This document shows, one piece after another, positions 1-9,466 of a stretch of DNA of 28,327 nt (the first letter of the stretch is position 1; the number at the start of each line of letters is the position of its first letter). The notes beneath the pieces were generated by a model. The model did not search any database. It was not told the DNA's origin and saw only the letters and a program-made list of their open reading frames with translations. The stretch is from Promethearchaeota archaeon (GTDB lineage: Archaea; Asgardarchaeota; Lokiarchaeia; Sigyniarchaeales; SOKP01): positions 1 to 28,327 of the forward strand of contig JABCSY010000052.1 of assembly GCA_018238625.1 (NCBI GenBank). The letters run 5' to 3'. A program made the translations under genes and the position numbers.

Positions 1-142
1 CTATCTTCAGTCACATATAAACTTAAGAATAAGTCGTAAGTCATAATTAATCATACCATTTTCTTTTTTTTTTACTATAAGATAATTCTTTTCTAAGATC
101 AGAATTGATTAAAAATTATTGAAAATGGTAGTGCATGCAAAA

Positions 143-1336
143 CTTAACAATTCTAAGATACTCTCAGAGTTACAATATGGTATTATTGTATCTTCTAATT
201 CTGTCAATATCACGAATGGAATAATTCAGGGTACAAATTATGTGAATAATACCATATTCATTAACGCTAATGTATCCAGCATGATTTTAAAGACTGTAGC
301 AGTTAATAATACAGGACAACTTTATATATCCAATTCTTCTTTAAATTTGTTCTTGTATGATTTAGCTAGCGTAATTATAAATGATTCTAGTACAAACAAT
401 CCAAATGAATATGGTGGATATCTCGAAGGTTCATCTAGATTAATTGGAATAAATTCAAGTTTTGATTTCCTTTTGTGTGAAGAAAATAGCTCAGTAGATC
501 TATCTGAAAATTGTATAATTGATTATGTCTCTATCAATAGCACTAACGATGTATCAATAAATAACTGTATACTAGACCAGATTGGATGGTATTCTGAACT
601 ATAAGGGGGTCGTAAAGCAGAGATTATTAATTCAACTATAGAAAGCTTCCTTGCCCCTCCTTCAAGTAAAGCAGATATAATAAATTGTTCAATAGAAATT
701 TTATATGAAGGGATTAGGTTTCAAACAGGAACAAATTATTTCAATTCCTCAGGAATTTTTGGAACGGGATTTGTTTCGAATTATTTAAACATTAGCGATT
801 CATTGATCTCTAATAGATCTTACAAATACATCGAAATAGTGGGAGACGCTAAGGTAATAATCGAAGATCTGCATAATCTCTTCAGTATTATTATCAATTC
901 AGGTAATCTAACGGTAAATAATTGTACTATAGAATTATTACAGATGAGGAATAATGCAATAGCATATCTAGAAAATTGCTCATTCCCAGATATCGAGGGT
1001 TTTGGTTCAATGCTTTTTAGTATGCTTAGTACTCAAGGAATTACTTGCTATGACAATTCGCACCTTTATATTAATAATTCAATTATCTCTAGTGGTATAA
1101 TGAAGCTTTTTAATGTTGCCGAAACAACCATAACTAATTCGGAGATATTGGCGGTTTTCCTTTTCCAAGAATCAAGAGTGATAATTTCTTATTCCGAAGT
1201 CAGGATAATAAGAGTGACGGCGTCCTCTTCAATGGGTTATGCTTTAAATATATTACATAGTTCAACGGAGTATTTGTTAACTAACTTCTGGAAAAACCAT
1301 AGTATATCTAGTTGGTCTCTTTTAGTACTGATATAA
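143..1336 (+). pseudogene. 5'-truncated, nonsense-interrupted paralog of the C-terminal half of the surface protein at 3963..6308
   Basis: ORFs 119..604 and 803..1336 are in the same frame and align to 5118..6308. GAA CTA TAA GGG at 596-607 corresponds to GAA CCA CAA GGA in the intact copy (CAA->TAA). The frame is open again from 605 to 1336. There is no homology upstream of ~143, so the anchor and CARDB half are missing. Confidence 0.88.
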
Positions 1337-1355
1337 AATCTACAATACAAACAAA

Positions 1356-2459
1356 TTATTGATCTTTGATTAGCGGTGGAAGATAGATTTCTCTTTGTTC
1401 TGTTCGTTCTAGAATCCTAGCATTTTCGGGACAGTGGTGAACACAGACCCCACAACCTATACATTTGTTTTCATCATCATGGGCTATCCCATCTATCAAA
1501 GTTATTGCTTCGATTGGACACTTATCGACACATATTCCACACCCTACGCATTTACTCTCATCTATTTTCGCGATGTAGGAAGTTAAAGTATGATAGGGAA
1601 AAATTCCACGATAATAGCTCTGAAAAAGAATACAACAACACTTGCAGCAATTGCATATCGCATTTTCTTTCTTATCGAGACTGAAATCATCATGAAAAAT
1701 CTTATGAACAAGTCCCTCTTCTTCTGCTTCCTTTAAAATTCGCTTTGCTTCGTCTTTTGAGATCGACTTACCAAGATTATGTTCAATAAAGTAACGACCA
1801 ATATTTCCAAAATGAAGGCACCTAAATATATCACTTGATGTTTTACAAGGATCGCCTAAAAGAGCTCTTTCCAGCTTACAAGGACATTCAGAGAGCGATA
1901 TAATATCTTGCTCATCTATAATTTTAGAGGCTTCATGTAAAGGTAACACTTTTTCTTGAGCTACGCTCAATTCTTTTTCGATTGGAATAATTCTGGCAAA
2001 AATAGGCAATTTATCTTTAAATATCGGTAATAATCCCTCATAATTAGTTTGAGTCACCTCAGTTGCTTCTTTAAACATTTTCTCGTAAATCAGTGCTAAT
2101 TTCTTTTTTTGTTCAATTGGACGATCAAATCTAACGAGAGAAAATTCAAATATATCGGCAACTGGTGCCAATAGACGATATTCCATTATATTCGTGTTTT
2201 CAATCGGCCAATCCATCAGAATTCCATTACCCATTAATGAATTTAACATTTCCATTAGCTTAGTATCATTCATCCCTGTTTTTTCTTTTAACTCCTGAAA
2301 CGTTAAGTTAGGTTTCCTAAAATTCAACAAGAATTTCACTTGCTCTTCATTTAAAAGCGTTTGGAGGAGCTCAACTAATGTTTCATTAGCTTGGAAAAGT
2401 GGATTCCCACTTGCCCTCACAATCAATTTAGCCGCTTTAATCCATATTTTTTCCGACAT
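1356..2459 (-). CDS. 4Fe-4S dicluster domain protein with N-terminal winged-HTH-like region and Cys-rich central domain
   Basis: Two CxxCxxCxxxCP motifs at the C-terminus (CVGCGICVDKCP, CIGCGVCVHHCP). CPCK..PCK, GLVH and ICNCCKCCC motifs are typical of this anaerobe family. Confidence 0.88.
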   Translation of the reverse strand: MSEKIWIKAAKLIVRASGNPLFQANETLVELLQTLLNEEQVKFLLNFRKPNLTFQELKEKTGMNDTKLMEMLNSLMGNGILMDWPIENTNIMEYRLLAPVADIFEFSLVRFDRPIEQKKKLALIYEKMFKEATEVTQTNYEGLLPIFKDKLPIFARIIPIEKELSVAQEKVLPLHEASKIIDEQDIISLSECPCKLERALLGDPCKTSSDIFRCLHFGNIGRYFIEHNLGKSISKDEAKRILKEAEEEGLVHKIFHDDFSLDKKENAICNCCKCCCILFQSYYRGIFPYHTLTSYIAKIDESKCVGCGICVDKCPIEAITLIDGIAHDDENKCIGCGVCVHHCPENARILERTEQREIYLPPLIKDQ

Positions 2460-2701
2460 CTTAAAAAATCCCTAGCAAACTAGTACAATACTTATTTTAA
2501 ATATTTGAATTAATTGTATTTAAAAGATAGGATAGTGAAGAAAAATAATTATATAACTTTTTGTTAAATAGCTTTATTTCTCTCGTATTGTCCAAATAAG
2601 ATTATAATATCTGTATTATATTCTCGTAAATCTTTTTATGCAAAAAAGTCATTTAATATATAACTAATGAAAAATCTAAGAAAAGAGAGCAAGCGAAAAA
2701 A

Positions 2702-3775
2702 ATGACAATTTTAGACCGAAAAAAAGTTCGACCTGATATTCTCAAAATTTATAACGATGGTTTTAAAGAACAAATGAAATTTTTGCTTCAATTTACGGCA
2801 CTCGAAGAAAACAAGCGATTTAATTTTCAAAAAATCTTTAATAAACTTCAAGAGTTAAACGAACTTTTCTTTAAAAAAAAAGCTGGAATGGTTGAGCTCC
2901 ACGATAAATTAACTGATGAGGAACGGAATTATTTAACAAAATTCTTTCGTTATGTGTTTGAACACTCGACAATGAAAGAATTAGAAAACTATCCTATTCC
3001 GAATGAAATTGAAATCAAACCTATAATACTCGATAAAATTCCTGCTGAGTGGGTTATTCCCTCAGATCCAATAGAAGATCGTGTAATTTTATATCTTCAC
3101 GGGGGTGGATGGATAGTGGGCTCTCCTTTAACTTGTCGGAGGTTAAATTCTGCTATAGCTGAAGCTACTAAAATAAGAATTCTCAGTATTGATTATCGCC
3201 TTGCCCCAGAACATCCATTCCCCAAGCCATTAGAAGATTGTGTTGATGCCTACAATTGGTTATTATCAAATGGATTTAAAAGTAACCATATAATCATCGC
3301 AGGAGATTCTGCCGGAGGAAATCTAACCCTAGCTACCCTTCTAAAATTAAGAGATCAGGGGACTGATTTACCTGCTGGAGCGATTTGCCTATCACCTGCG
3401 ACAGACTTTACTTTAGCTGATGATTCCTATTTTAAAAATGCTGAAACCGATCCCGGTTTGGCAGATATCGGAATTTTTTGGTGGTTTGTCGCATATCTTG
3501 CTGGAGAGGACCCTCGCAATCCATATATCTCACCATTGTTCGGGGATTTAAAGGGACTACCTCCAATATTAGTACAAGCAAGCACATGTGAAATGCTTTA
3601 TAGCGATGCTACTCGCTTTGTTGAAAAAGCTAAGAAGGCAGGAACAAACGCAATATTACAATCATGGGATGATATGACGCATGTATTTCAAGGAACAAGA
3701 TACGAACTTATTCCAGAAGCTAAAGATGCCATTAATAAGATAGCTGACTTCACTAACCAGCTATTTAAAAATTAG
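2702..3775 (+). CDS. Alpha/beta hydrolase, hormone-sensitive-lipase (family IV) esterase
   Basis: HGGG oxyanion motif, DYRLAPEHPFP, GDSAG nucleophile elbow, C-terminal HVF catalytic His. Confidence 0.93.
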   Translation: MTILDRKKVRPDILKIYNDGFKEQMKFLLQFTALEENKRFNFQKIFNKLQELNELFFKKKAGMVELHDKLTDEERNYLTKFFRYVFEHSTMKELENYPIPNEIEIKPIILDKIPAEWVIPSDPIEDRVILYLHGGGWIVGSPLTCRRLNSAIAEATKIRILSIDYRLAPEHPFPKPLEDCVDAYNWLLSNGFKSNHIIIAGDSAGGNLTLATLLKLRDQGTDLPAGAICLSPATDFTLADDSYFKNAETDPGLADIGIFWWFVAYLAGEDPRNPYISPLFGDLKGLPPILVQASTCEMLYSDATRFVEKAKKAGTNAILQSWDDMTHVFQGTRYELIPEAKDAINKIADFTNQLFKN

Positions 3776-3962
3776 AATTAAATTTTTAAATTTTAATTAA
3801 TAAATAATTTTTCCCTATTTAAGCTTTCTTTTGAGGTTTATTTCTAATACAACAAATATTTTATATGTAGCCAAATCTTTTTAAATCTCTATTTTTATAT
3901 GATAATATATTTTATTTTCAAAATTAATTAATGAAATTCAATAAAATAAATCTGTGATTTTT

Positions 3963-6308
3963 ATGAATAAAACTAAAAAATTGATTATTAGTATAGCTTT
4001 AATAGCTATCATCGCTATTTCAGGTGGTTTAGTTTCATGGTTCATCTTTTTTGGAGAACAACCTAAATATCCAGACTTAACAATATCCGATTATTCTCTT
4101 GAAAATGATAATCTTACAGTTAGTATTTCAAACATAGGGGATTCAGATACAAATGCGGTTATTATTATTGTGCAAATCGACTCGTTAGCACTCGTACTTT
4201 ACAATAACTCACTAAATCCTCTGGACCTTGATATTTCTGAAGTTTTTATCTTTTCCCTAAATCTTACTACTTTTGAATCTTATTTCAATTCCGGAACTAG
4301 TTATTCTATTACTATTCAAGTAGATCCTTACGATGACATTAAAGAAAAATTGGAAAACAATAATGAACTAATCGTGGATTATTATTATGAAGAAGAGGTT
4401 CCACTTACTCTATTCTCTCCTAATACTTATTCCTTGAATTGTTCAATAGATTCCTTTGGTTATGCCGTACTATTTAATGCAAGTCAAATTATAATAGAAG
4501 ATTCCTTAATAATTACAAATGGAACTTTTAACGGTTATAACGTGATAAATTCTACAATATTGGAAAATTCCACCATCTCAAATAATGTTACGTGGATATC
4601 TATAGCCCTCTACGGAGATCAAAATTTAACCTTACGAAATATATGGGATGACCGACTTAGCATTGTATTATGTAATAACAGCACTCTCTCCCTTTTTAAT
4701 TGCAGCATTATGGAACTTGCGGTTACCGGTTCTAATAACATATTTCTTTCGAATAGTTCGATTAAAATTTTAAGCTCTGCTGTAAATATGACGAATTTAA
4801 TCTCTCTAAGAATTACCAATCATTCATATATAGAATATTGTATTATCACCAGTCCAATATTCCTTGAAATAGAATATAGCTCGCTCAAAATGCTGTTCAT
4901 AATGGTTTCAAGCAATCCCTACTCTCAACAAGGAGATTATCTCGCATCAGGTACCATCAAAAATTGTTCAATCTATACTTTTACTGCCTATGGTCAAACA
5001 AATTTAAACGTTTATGGTACAGATTTTTACCAAATTAGTATTATGGGTAAAACGCGACTAAACCTAGTTGAATGTATCGTTAATGAAGAATATGTCTATC
5101 AAAGTGCTATTTCTATTTTAAATAATACGAAGATACTCTCAGAGTTACAATATGGAATTATTGTATCGTCTAATTCTATCAATATCACGAATGGGATAAT
5201 TCAGGGTACAAATTACGTGAATAATACCATATTCATTAACGCTAACGTGTCCAGCATGATCTTAAAGCATGTAGTAGTTAATAATACAGGACAGCTTTAT
5301 GTATCCAATTCTTCGTTAGATTTGTACTTGTTTGATTTAGCTAGCGTAATTATAAATGACTCTAGTATAACTAATTCAAATGAATATGGTGGATATCTCG
5401 AAGATTCATCCAGATTGATTGGAATAAACTCAAGCTTTGATTTCCTTTGGTGTCAAGAAAATAGCTCAGTAGATCTGTCTGAAAATTGTATTATTGATTC
5501 TATCCTTATCAATAGCACTAATGATGTATCAATAGATAATTGTATACTAGATCAGATTGGATGGTATTCTGAACCACAAGGAAGTCGGAAAGCAGAGATT
5601 ATTAATTCAACTATAGAAACCTTCCATGCCCCTCCTTCAAGTAAAGTCGATATAATAAATTGTTCAATAGATACTTTATATGAAGGGATTAAGTTTCAAA
5701 CAGGGACAAATTATTTCAATTCCTCAGGAGTTTTTGGAGCGGGAGTAGTTTCAGATTATTTAAACATTAGCGGCTCATTGATCTCTAATAGATCTTACAG
5801 GTACATCGAAATTATGGATGAAGCTAAGGTAATAATCGAAGATATGCATAATCTCTTCAGTATTATTATCAAATCAGGTAATTTAACGGTAAATAATTGT
5901 ACGATAGGATCATTACTGATGTGGAATAATGCAATAGTGTATCTAAAAAACTGTTCAACCCCAGATAGTGGGGGCTTTGGTTTAATAATGGCTATGCTTG
6001 GTCCTCAAGGAATTACCTGCTACGACAATTCGCACCTTTATATCAATAATTCAACTTTCTCTGAGGGTTTAATAACACTTGATAATGCTGCTGAAATAAC
6101 CATAACTAATTCGGTGATATTTGTTATTTACCTTTTCCAAGAATCAAGAGCAATAATTTCTTATTCCGAAGTATGGATGATACGAGTGACAGCTTCCTCT
6201 TTAATTGGTTATGCTTTAAATATATCACACAGTTCAACTGACTACTTATTAACTAGCTCCTGGAATTACCACAGCACTTCTATTGGTTTTCTTTTGTTCG
6301 TAATATAA
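3963..6308 (+). CDS. Membrane-anchored extracellular protein: N-terminal TM/signal anchor, CARDB Ig-like domain, long Asn/Ser/Ile-rich beta-helix-like region
   Basis: Basic N-terminus plus hydrophobic stretch (KKLIISIALIAIIAISGGLVSWFIFF). CARDB-like PDLTI...VSISNIGD...IQVDPYDDIKE..ENNN. Many NCSI/NSSI/NSTI units and N-x-S/T sequons. ATG 3963 preferred over GTG 3954. Confidence 0.75.
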   Translation: MNKTKKLIISIALIAIIAISGGLVSWFIFFGEQPKYPDLTISDYSLENDNLTVSISNIGDSDTNAVIIIVQIDSLALVLYNNSLNPLDLDISEVFIFSLNLTTFESYFNSGTSYSITIQVDPYDDIKEKLENNNELIVDYYYEEEVPLTLFSPNTYSLNCSIDSFGYAVLFNASQIIIEDSLIITNGTFNGYNVINSTILENSTISNNVTWISIALYGDQNLTLRNIWDDRLSIVLCNNSTLSLFNCSIMELAVTGSNNIFLSNSSIKILSSAVNMTNLISLRITNHSYIEYCIITSPIFLEIEYSSLKMLFIMVSSNPYSQQGDYLASGTIKNCSIYTFTAYGQTNLNVYGTDFYQISIMGKTRLNLVECIVNEEYVYQSAISILNNTKILSELQYGIIVSSNSINITNGIIQGTNYVNNTIFINANVSSMILKHVVVNNTGQLYVSNSSLDLYLFDLASVIINDSSITNSNEYGGYLEDSSRLIGINSSFDFLWCQENSSVDLSENCIIDSILINSTNDVSIDNCILDQIGWYSEPQGSRKAEIINSTIETFHAPPSSKVDIINCSIDTLYEGIKFQTGTNYFNSSGVFGAGVVSDYLNISGSLISNRSYRYIEIMDEAKVIIEDMHNLFSIIIKSGNLTVNNCTIGSLLMWNNAIVYLKNCSTPDSGGFGLIMAMLGPQGITCYDNSHLYINNSTFSEGLITLDNAAEITITNSVIFVIYLFQESRAIISYSEVWMIRVTASSLIGYALNISHSSTDYLLTSSWNYHSTSIGFLLFVI

Positions 6309-6362
6309 AATCTACAATGCAAAAAAATTATTTTCTTTTTCTTTTTTATGTTTTAATAATAA

Positions 6363-6387
6363 TGTTGGAATGTCCATTTGATTTAAT
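6363..6387. repeat. Dispersed repeat, copy 1 (core only)
   Basis: TGTTGGAATGTCCATTTGATTTAAT is identical to 21701-21725 and near-identical to 7697-7720. Confidence 0.85.
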
Positions 6388-6447
6388 TGGAGAAATCGTC
6401 AGAGAAAAACATGCTCTTATTCCTTGGAAAGATATTGCTGGCATGAG
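6384..6447 (+). pseudogene. Remnant of a HepT (DUF86) toxin gene
   Basis: Matches 22246-22330 with an internal deletion. Translates VREKHALIPWKDIAGMS versus IREKHSHIPWKDIAGMR in the intact HepT. Confidence 0.85.
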
Positions 6448-6477
6448 TTAATGCATGTTTATTTTAAAATTGAAGTT

Positions 6478-6804
6478 TTATTGATTCATTTCTTCAAATA
6501 ATTTTTTAGCCCACTTTAATTCCTCCTCCATTTCAACATCAGTTAAAAAGGGAGGTTGGATTTTCTCGCGATTAACATAATCCATCATTACATAAATCGA
6601 TACTTTTGCCAAGATGGCTGCTTCTGCTAAACTTACTAATCCTTTTCTGTATTTTTCACCGGCATCTTTCAATCTATATTCTTCAATTTGATTAAGAAAA
6701 AATTTTCGAATTAAAGAAGAACGATCCATTCGTTCTTTTTCACAGATCTTGTTTAATTCTTCAATTTCTTTTTCATCTAATCTGGTTGAAACTACATCAG
6801 TCAA
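6478..6804 (-). CDS. Antitoxin-like protein, RHH/CopG N-terminus plus UPF0175 domain (orphan)
   Basis: VVSTRLD..E...L...DRSSLIRK (RHH-like) followed by YRKGLVSLAEAAILAKVS (UPF0175-like). TTG start. Confidence 0.8.
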   Translation of the reverse strand: MTDVVSTRLDEKEIEELNKICEKERMDRSSLIRKFFLNQIEEYRLKDAGEKYRKGLVSLAEAAILAKVSIYVMMDYVNREKIQPPFLTDVEMEEELKWAKKLFEEMNQ

Positions 6805-6887
6805 TTATCATCATCTTTCTTCTCTTTAAGTTTTTTCATAATAAACAATATAGATTTTGGCTTAGTTGCATTCACGGATTCTAATAA
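6801..6887 (-). pseudogene. Possible 3' remnant of the gene formerly coupled to the UPF0175 antitoxin (putative PIN toxin)
   Basis: 28 open codons (LLESVNATKPKSILFIMKKLKEKKDDDN) end in a TGA that overlaps the TTG start of 6478..6804 (TTGA coupling). No 5' part is present. Confidence 0.4.
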
Positions 6888-6921
6888 CTATTAATTCAGA
6901 AAATATTATAAGCCTTCGGAT

Positions 6922-6945
6922 ATAAATATTTATATAAATATTTAT
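6922..6945. promoter_or_regulatory. Putative vapBC operator: perfect 24-bp palindrome made of two ATAAATATTTAT palindromes, downstream of a TATA-like TTATAAG (~6906)
   Basis: ATAAATATTTATATAAATATTTAT lies just upstream of the antitoxin start. TA autoregulation through palindromes is established. AT-only sequence lowers certainty. Confidence 0.5.
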
Positions 6946-6961
6946 GATTAAGGTTAAAAAT

Positions 6962-7216
6962 ATGACTTCAAAAATGATTTCAATTCGGGATGAAATATAT
7001 AAAAACCTGAAAAAATTAAAAGGTCCGAATGAAAGCTTTTCAGAATTAATAGAACGGTTAATAGCAAATCAACAGAAGGACCCCCTAAAACATTTTGGGA
7101 TTGCAAAAAATCTTTCAGATGAAGTTTTAGATGAGTTTGAAAAAACAATTAAGGAAGGAAAAAAGAAAGATGCTGCTATATCTTCATCAAAATTCTCAGA
7201 AATCTGGGGAGAATAA
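6962..7216 (+). CDS. vapB: VapB-family antitoxin (archaeal DUF217 type)
   Basis: KMISIRDEIYKNLKKLKGPNESFSELIERLI matches the archaeal antitoxin signature and lies directly upstream of a PIN gene. Start is 6962 or 6944. Confidence 0.87.
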   Translation: MTSKMISIRDEIYKNLKKLKGPNESFSELIERLIANQQKDPLKHFGIAKNLSDEVLDEFEKTIKEGKKKDAAISSSKFSEIWGE

Positions 7217-7218
7217 TT

Positions 7219-7632
7219 ATGATAATCGTGGATACAACTGTTATTATTGATATATGGCGTGGTAGAGCTAATGTAAAATCTGTTTTAAAACCATATGCTG
7301 ATCAAACTATATGCATTTCTGCTATTACTATTGCCGAGATTTACGATGGATTAGGATATACAAAAGAAAAAAAAAGTGAGAACATTTATCTTCAAATCAG
7401 AGAACAAATAGAAAAATTATTGTCTGAATTTCATATAATTCCTTTGAATTCACAAATTCTCCAAGAATCTGGAAGTTTAAAAGGATCCTTAAGAGCAAAG
7501 GGAATCACACTTGATTTAGCAGATTGTATAATAGGTACAACAGCAAAGCTAATGAATACCGAAAAATTGATAACTAGAAATATCCGCCACTTTCAAGATT
7601 TTGGGTTAACAATAGAATCTTATGAAATTTAA
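7219..7632 (+). CDS. vapC: VapC PIN-domain ribonuclease toxin
   Basis: IVDTTVIID, SAITIAEI, DLADCIIG and LITRNIRHF PIN motifs. Confidence 0.92.
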   Translation: MIIVDTTVIIDIWRGRANVKSVLKPYADQTICISAITIAEIYDGLGYTKEKKSENIYLQIREQIEKLLSEFHIIPLNSQILQESGSLKGSLRAKGITLDLADCIIGTTAKLMNTEKLITRNIRHFQDFGLTIESYEI

Positions 7633-7640
7633 CTTGTATT

Positions 7641-7733
7641 AAAGAAACTATTCAAATTCTTCCCTTTTGCTATTGATTTTTTCTATTTTAAATAAGGTTG
7701 GAATGTCTATTTGATTTAGTAATTCTATTGAAT
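7641..7733. repeat. Dispersed repeat, copy 2 (~90 bp)
   Basis: AAAGA..TTCAAnTTCTTCCCTTTTG..TTTCTATT..GTTGGAATGTCyATTTGATTTArTAATTCTAwTGAAT is shared with 21644-21738. Confidence 0.85.
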
Positions 7734-7806
7734 TTGACAATAAATTTGGAAGGTTTTTATTAATATTTAACTTCTATAACATTAATTAGTATTCCATTTT
7801 AGTCTA

Positions 7807-8619
7807 ATGAATATTGCACTCTTTTATTTCTCAGCAACCGGGATAACTGAAACTATTTCAAATCACATTGCTACGATTTTAAAAAGAGAAGGAAACTCTG
7901 TAAAACTGATAAACATAATTACACCTGATAGTAGACGATTTCAATATGATTTCTTAGAGTTTGATGCGTGTATTTTTGGATTTCCAGTTTTCGGAGGAAG
8001 ACCTCCCAAGGTTGCTGAGGATTGGATGAGAACACTTGATGGTAGGGGGCAGAAATGCTCCATGTTTTTTACATACGGTGCACGAGATTTAGAGTGGGCA
8101 CATCAAGTTACCTATTATTTATTAACGCAAGCGAATTTTCAAGTGGTTTTGTCAGCAGAATTTATCGGAAAACACGCATTTAATGTCGCAAAAGGATGGT
8201 CACTAGCAGAAAACCGGCCCAATCAATTAGATTTTGATATTGCTACAGATTTTACATTACAATCGATTAAACGGATTCAAAAGGACTCTGAATTTGGCGT
8301 CGACTTGTCAGAATTTACCTATAAACCAAAGAAGACTATAGAGTCTCGTGGATCTTGGGCTAATTTTTATCCTTCGAGAGTTAATGACGATTGTAGTATG
8401 TGTTATTTATGCGAAAAAGAATGCCCTGTTAAAGCTTTTGATGCTATTTCAGGGGAAACTAACAGAAAACTGTGTGTTCAATGTATGCATTGTGTAACAA
8501 TCTGTCCTGATAAAGTAATCCATACTGGCGAAGTATCTCAGTTGTTTAAGAAATTTATAGATAATTTTGGATTGACTGAAGATGTAGTCGAGCAAAAAAG
8601 GAGTAAAATTATTTTTTAA
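7807..8619 (+). CDS. EFR1-family flavodoxin-ferredoxin fusion protein
   Basis: Flavodoxin start YFSATGIT and FGFPVFGGR, TYGAR motif, C-terminal CSMCYLCEKECP and CVQCMHCVTICP. Confidence 0.88.
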   Translation: MNIALFYFSATGITETISNHIATILKREGNSVKLINIITPDSRRFQYDFLEFDACIFGFPVFGGRPPKVAEDWMRTLDGRGQKCSMFFTYGARDLEWAHQVTYYLLTQANFQVVLSAEFIGKHAFNVAKGWSLAENRPNQLDFDIATDFTLQSIKRIQKDSEFGVDLSEFTYKPKKTIESRGSWANFYPSRVNDDCSMCYLCEKECPVKAFDAISGETNRKLCVQCMHCVTICPDKVIHTGEVSQLFKKFIDNFGLTEDVVEQKRSKIIF

Positions 8620-8740
8620 ATTTCTTGAAATATTAACGCTCCTTTGAACATAAGCTTTCAAGTCGTTGCTTTAGTATATATTGTTCTTGCATCTTTATTA
8701 GCTCTATTGGTGTTTACTTCCAGTCACTCTTAGCGAGTAA
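8561..8740 (+). repeat. 180-bp direct repeat, left copy (3' end of the EFR1 gene plus downstream DNA)
   Basis: Aligns without gaps to 18502-18681 (offset 9941), with 12 mismatches by manual alignment. Confidence 0.95.
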
Positions 8741-9086
8741 CTTTTTTCTAAGTGTACTTAGATTTACTATTTCAAGTATGATTAATAAAAATCTTATTGT
8801 AAGTAAAAGGATTGACTCATTTGTTGATTTGAAGATAATTCTATGGAATCATGATATTTTGACAGAAAAATTATATGGAAAAGTGTTCATTCTCTCTACT
8901 GTCACAATAAAAACGAAATTAGGATGTTTAAATTAAATAAATAATTAATTGGCATAATGAATAAAACGATCAGAAAAGGTTAATAAAAAGGGTTAAATTA
9001 TCAAATGAAATGTTAGTGCCCCGTTATGTTTTCCTAATGACTCATGAAAATAGTAATACTTTCCTTATCTCTAGTTTTCTTTCAAA

Positions 9087-9452
9087 TCAATAATTCTTAG
9101 ATCGAATTACATCATACCATTGATTCCAAATACTTAATAATTCTGCAAACTTTTCTCTGGAAATTGAGTATTCCTTGAATTTACCTTTTTTAGAACTATG
9201 AATAAAATTATGTTTCTCCAAAATTCTAACATGATGGGAGATGGAAGGTTGATTTCTATTCAAACTTTTTTCAATTTCAGAAAGTAAACATGGTTTATTA
9301 TTTAATAGATTTAAAATTAGAAATCTATCTTCATTGCCTATGATTTCCATGCATTCTCGTAAGAACTTATAGGATGTATTGTTCTTGAAATTTTCTTTTA
9401 TATTTTTAATTTTATTCTTTGCTAGTTCTTCCATGGTTTTCTTCCTATTCAA
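9087..9452 (-). CDS. ArsR/SmtB-family winged-helix transcriptional regulator
   Basis: IGNEDRFLILNLL..PCLLSEIE..L..NQPSISHHVRILE..I...KKGK...YSI. Confidence 0.9.
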   Translation of the reverse strand: MNRKKTMEELAKNKIKNIKENFKNNTSYKFLRECMEIIGNEDRFLILNLLNNKPCLLSEIEKSLNRNQPSISHHVRILEKHNFIHSSKKGKFKEYSISREKFAELLSIWNQWYDVIRSKNY

Positions 9453-9466
9453 TTATTATTAAATAA

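Noticed and set aside
1-44. Possible start of a minus-strand gene running off the window (MTYDLFLSLYVTED)
   Set aside because: Only 14 codons are visible, which is too little to support a call.
602-604. In-frame stop as possible selenocysteine/pyrrolysine recoding
   Set aside because: The codon is TAA, not TGA or TAG, and it aligns to Gln (CAA) in the intact paralog. The Fe-S/redox genes here also end in TAA, so no Sec readthrough is indicated.
8449-8661. Paired minus-strand ORFs 8449..8661 and 18357..18602 with the same N-terminus
   Set aside because: They are a by-product of the 180-bp repeat and are antisense to well-supported genes.
8778-8936. 52-codon plus-strand ORF (MINKNLIVSK...)
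   Set aside because: No recognisable motif or coupling to neighbours, so it is plausible by chance.
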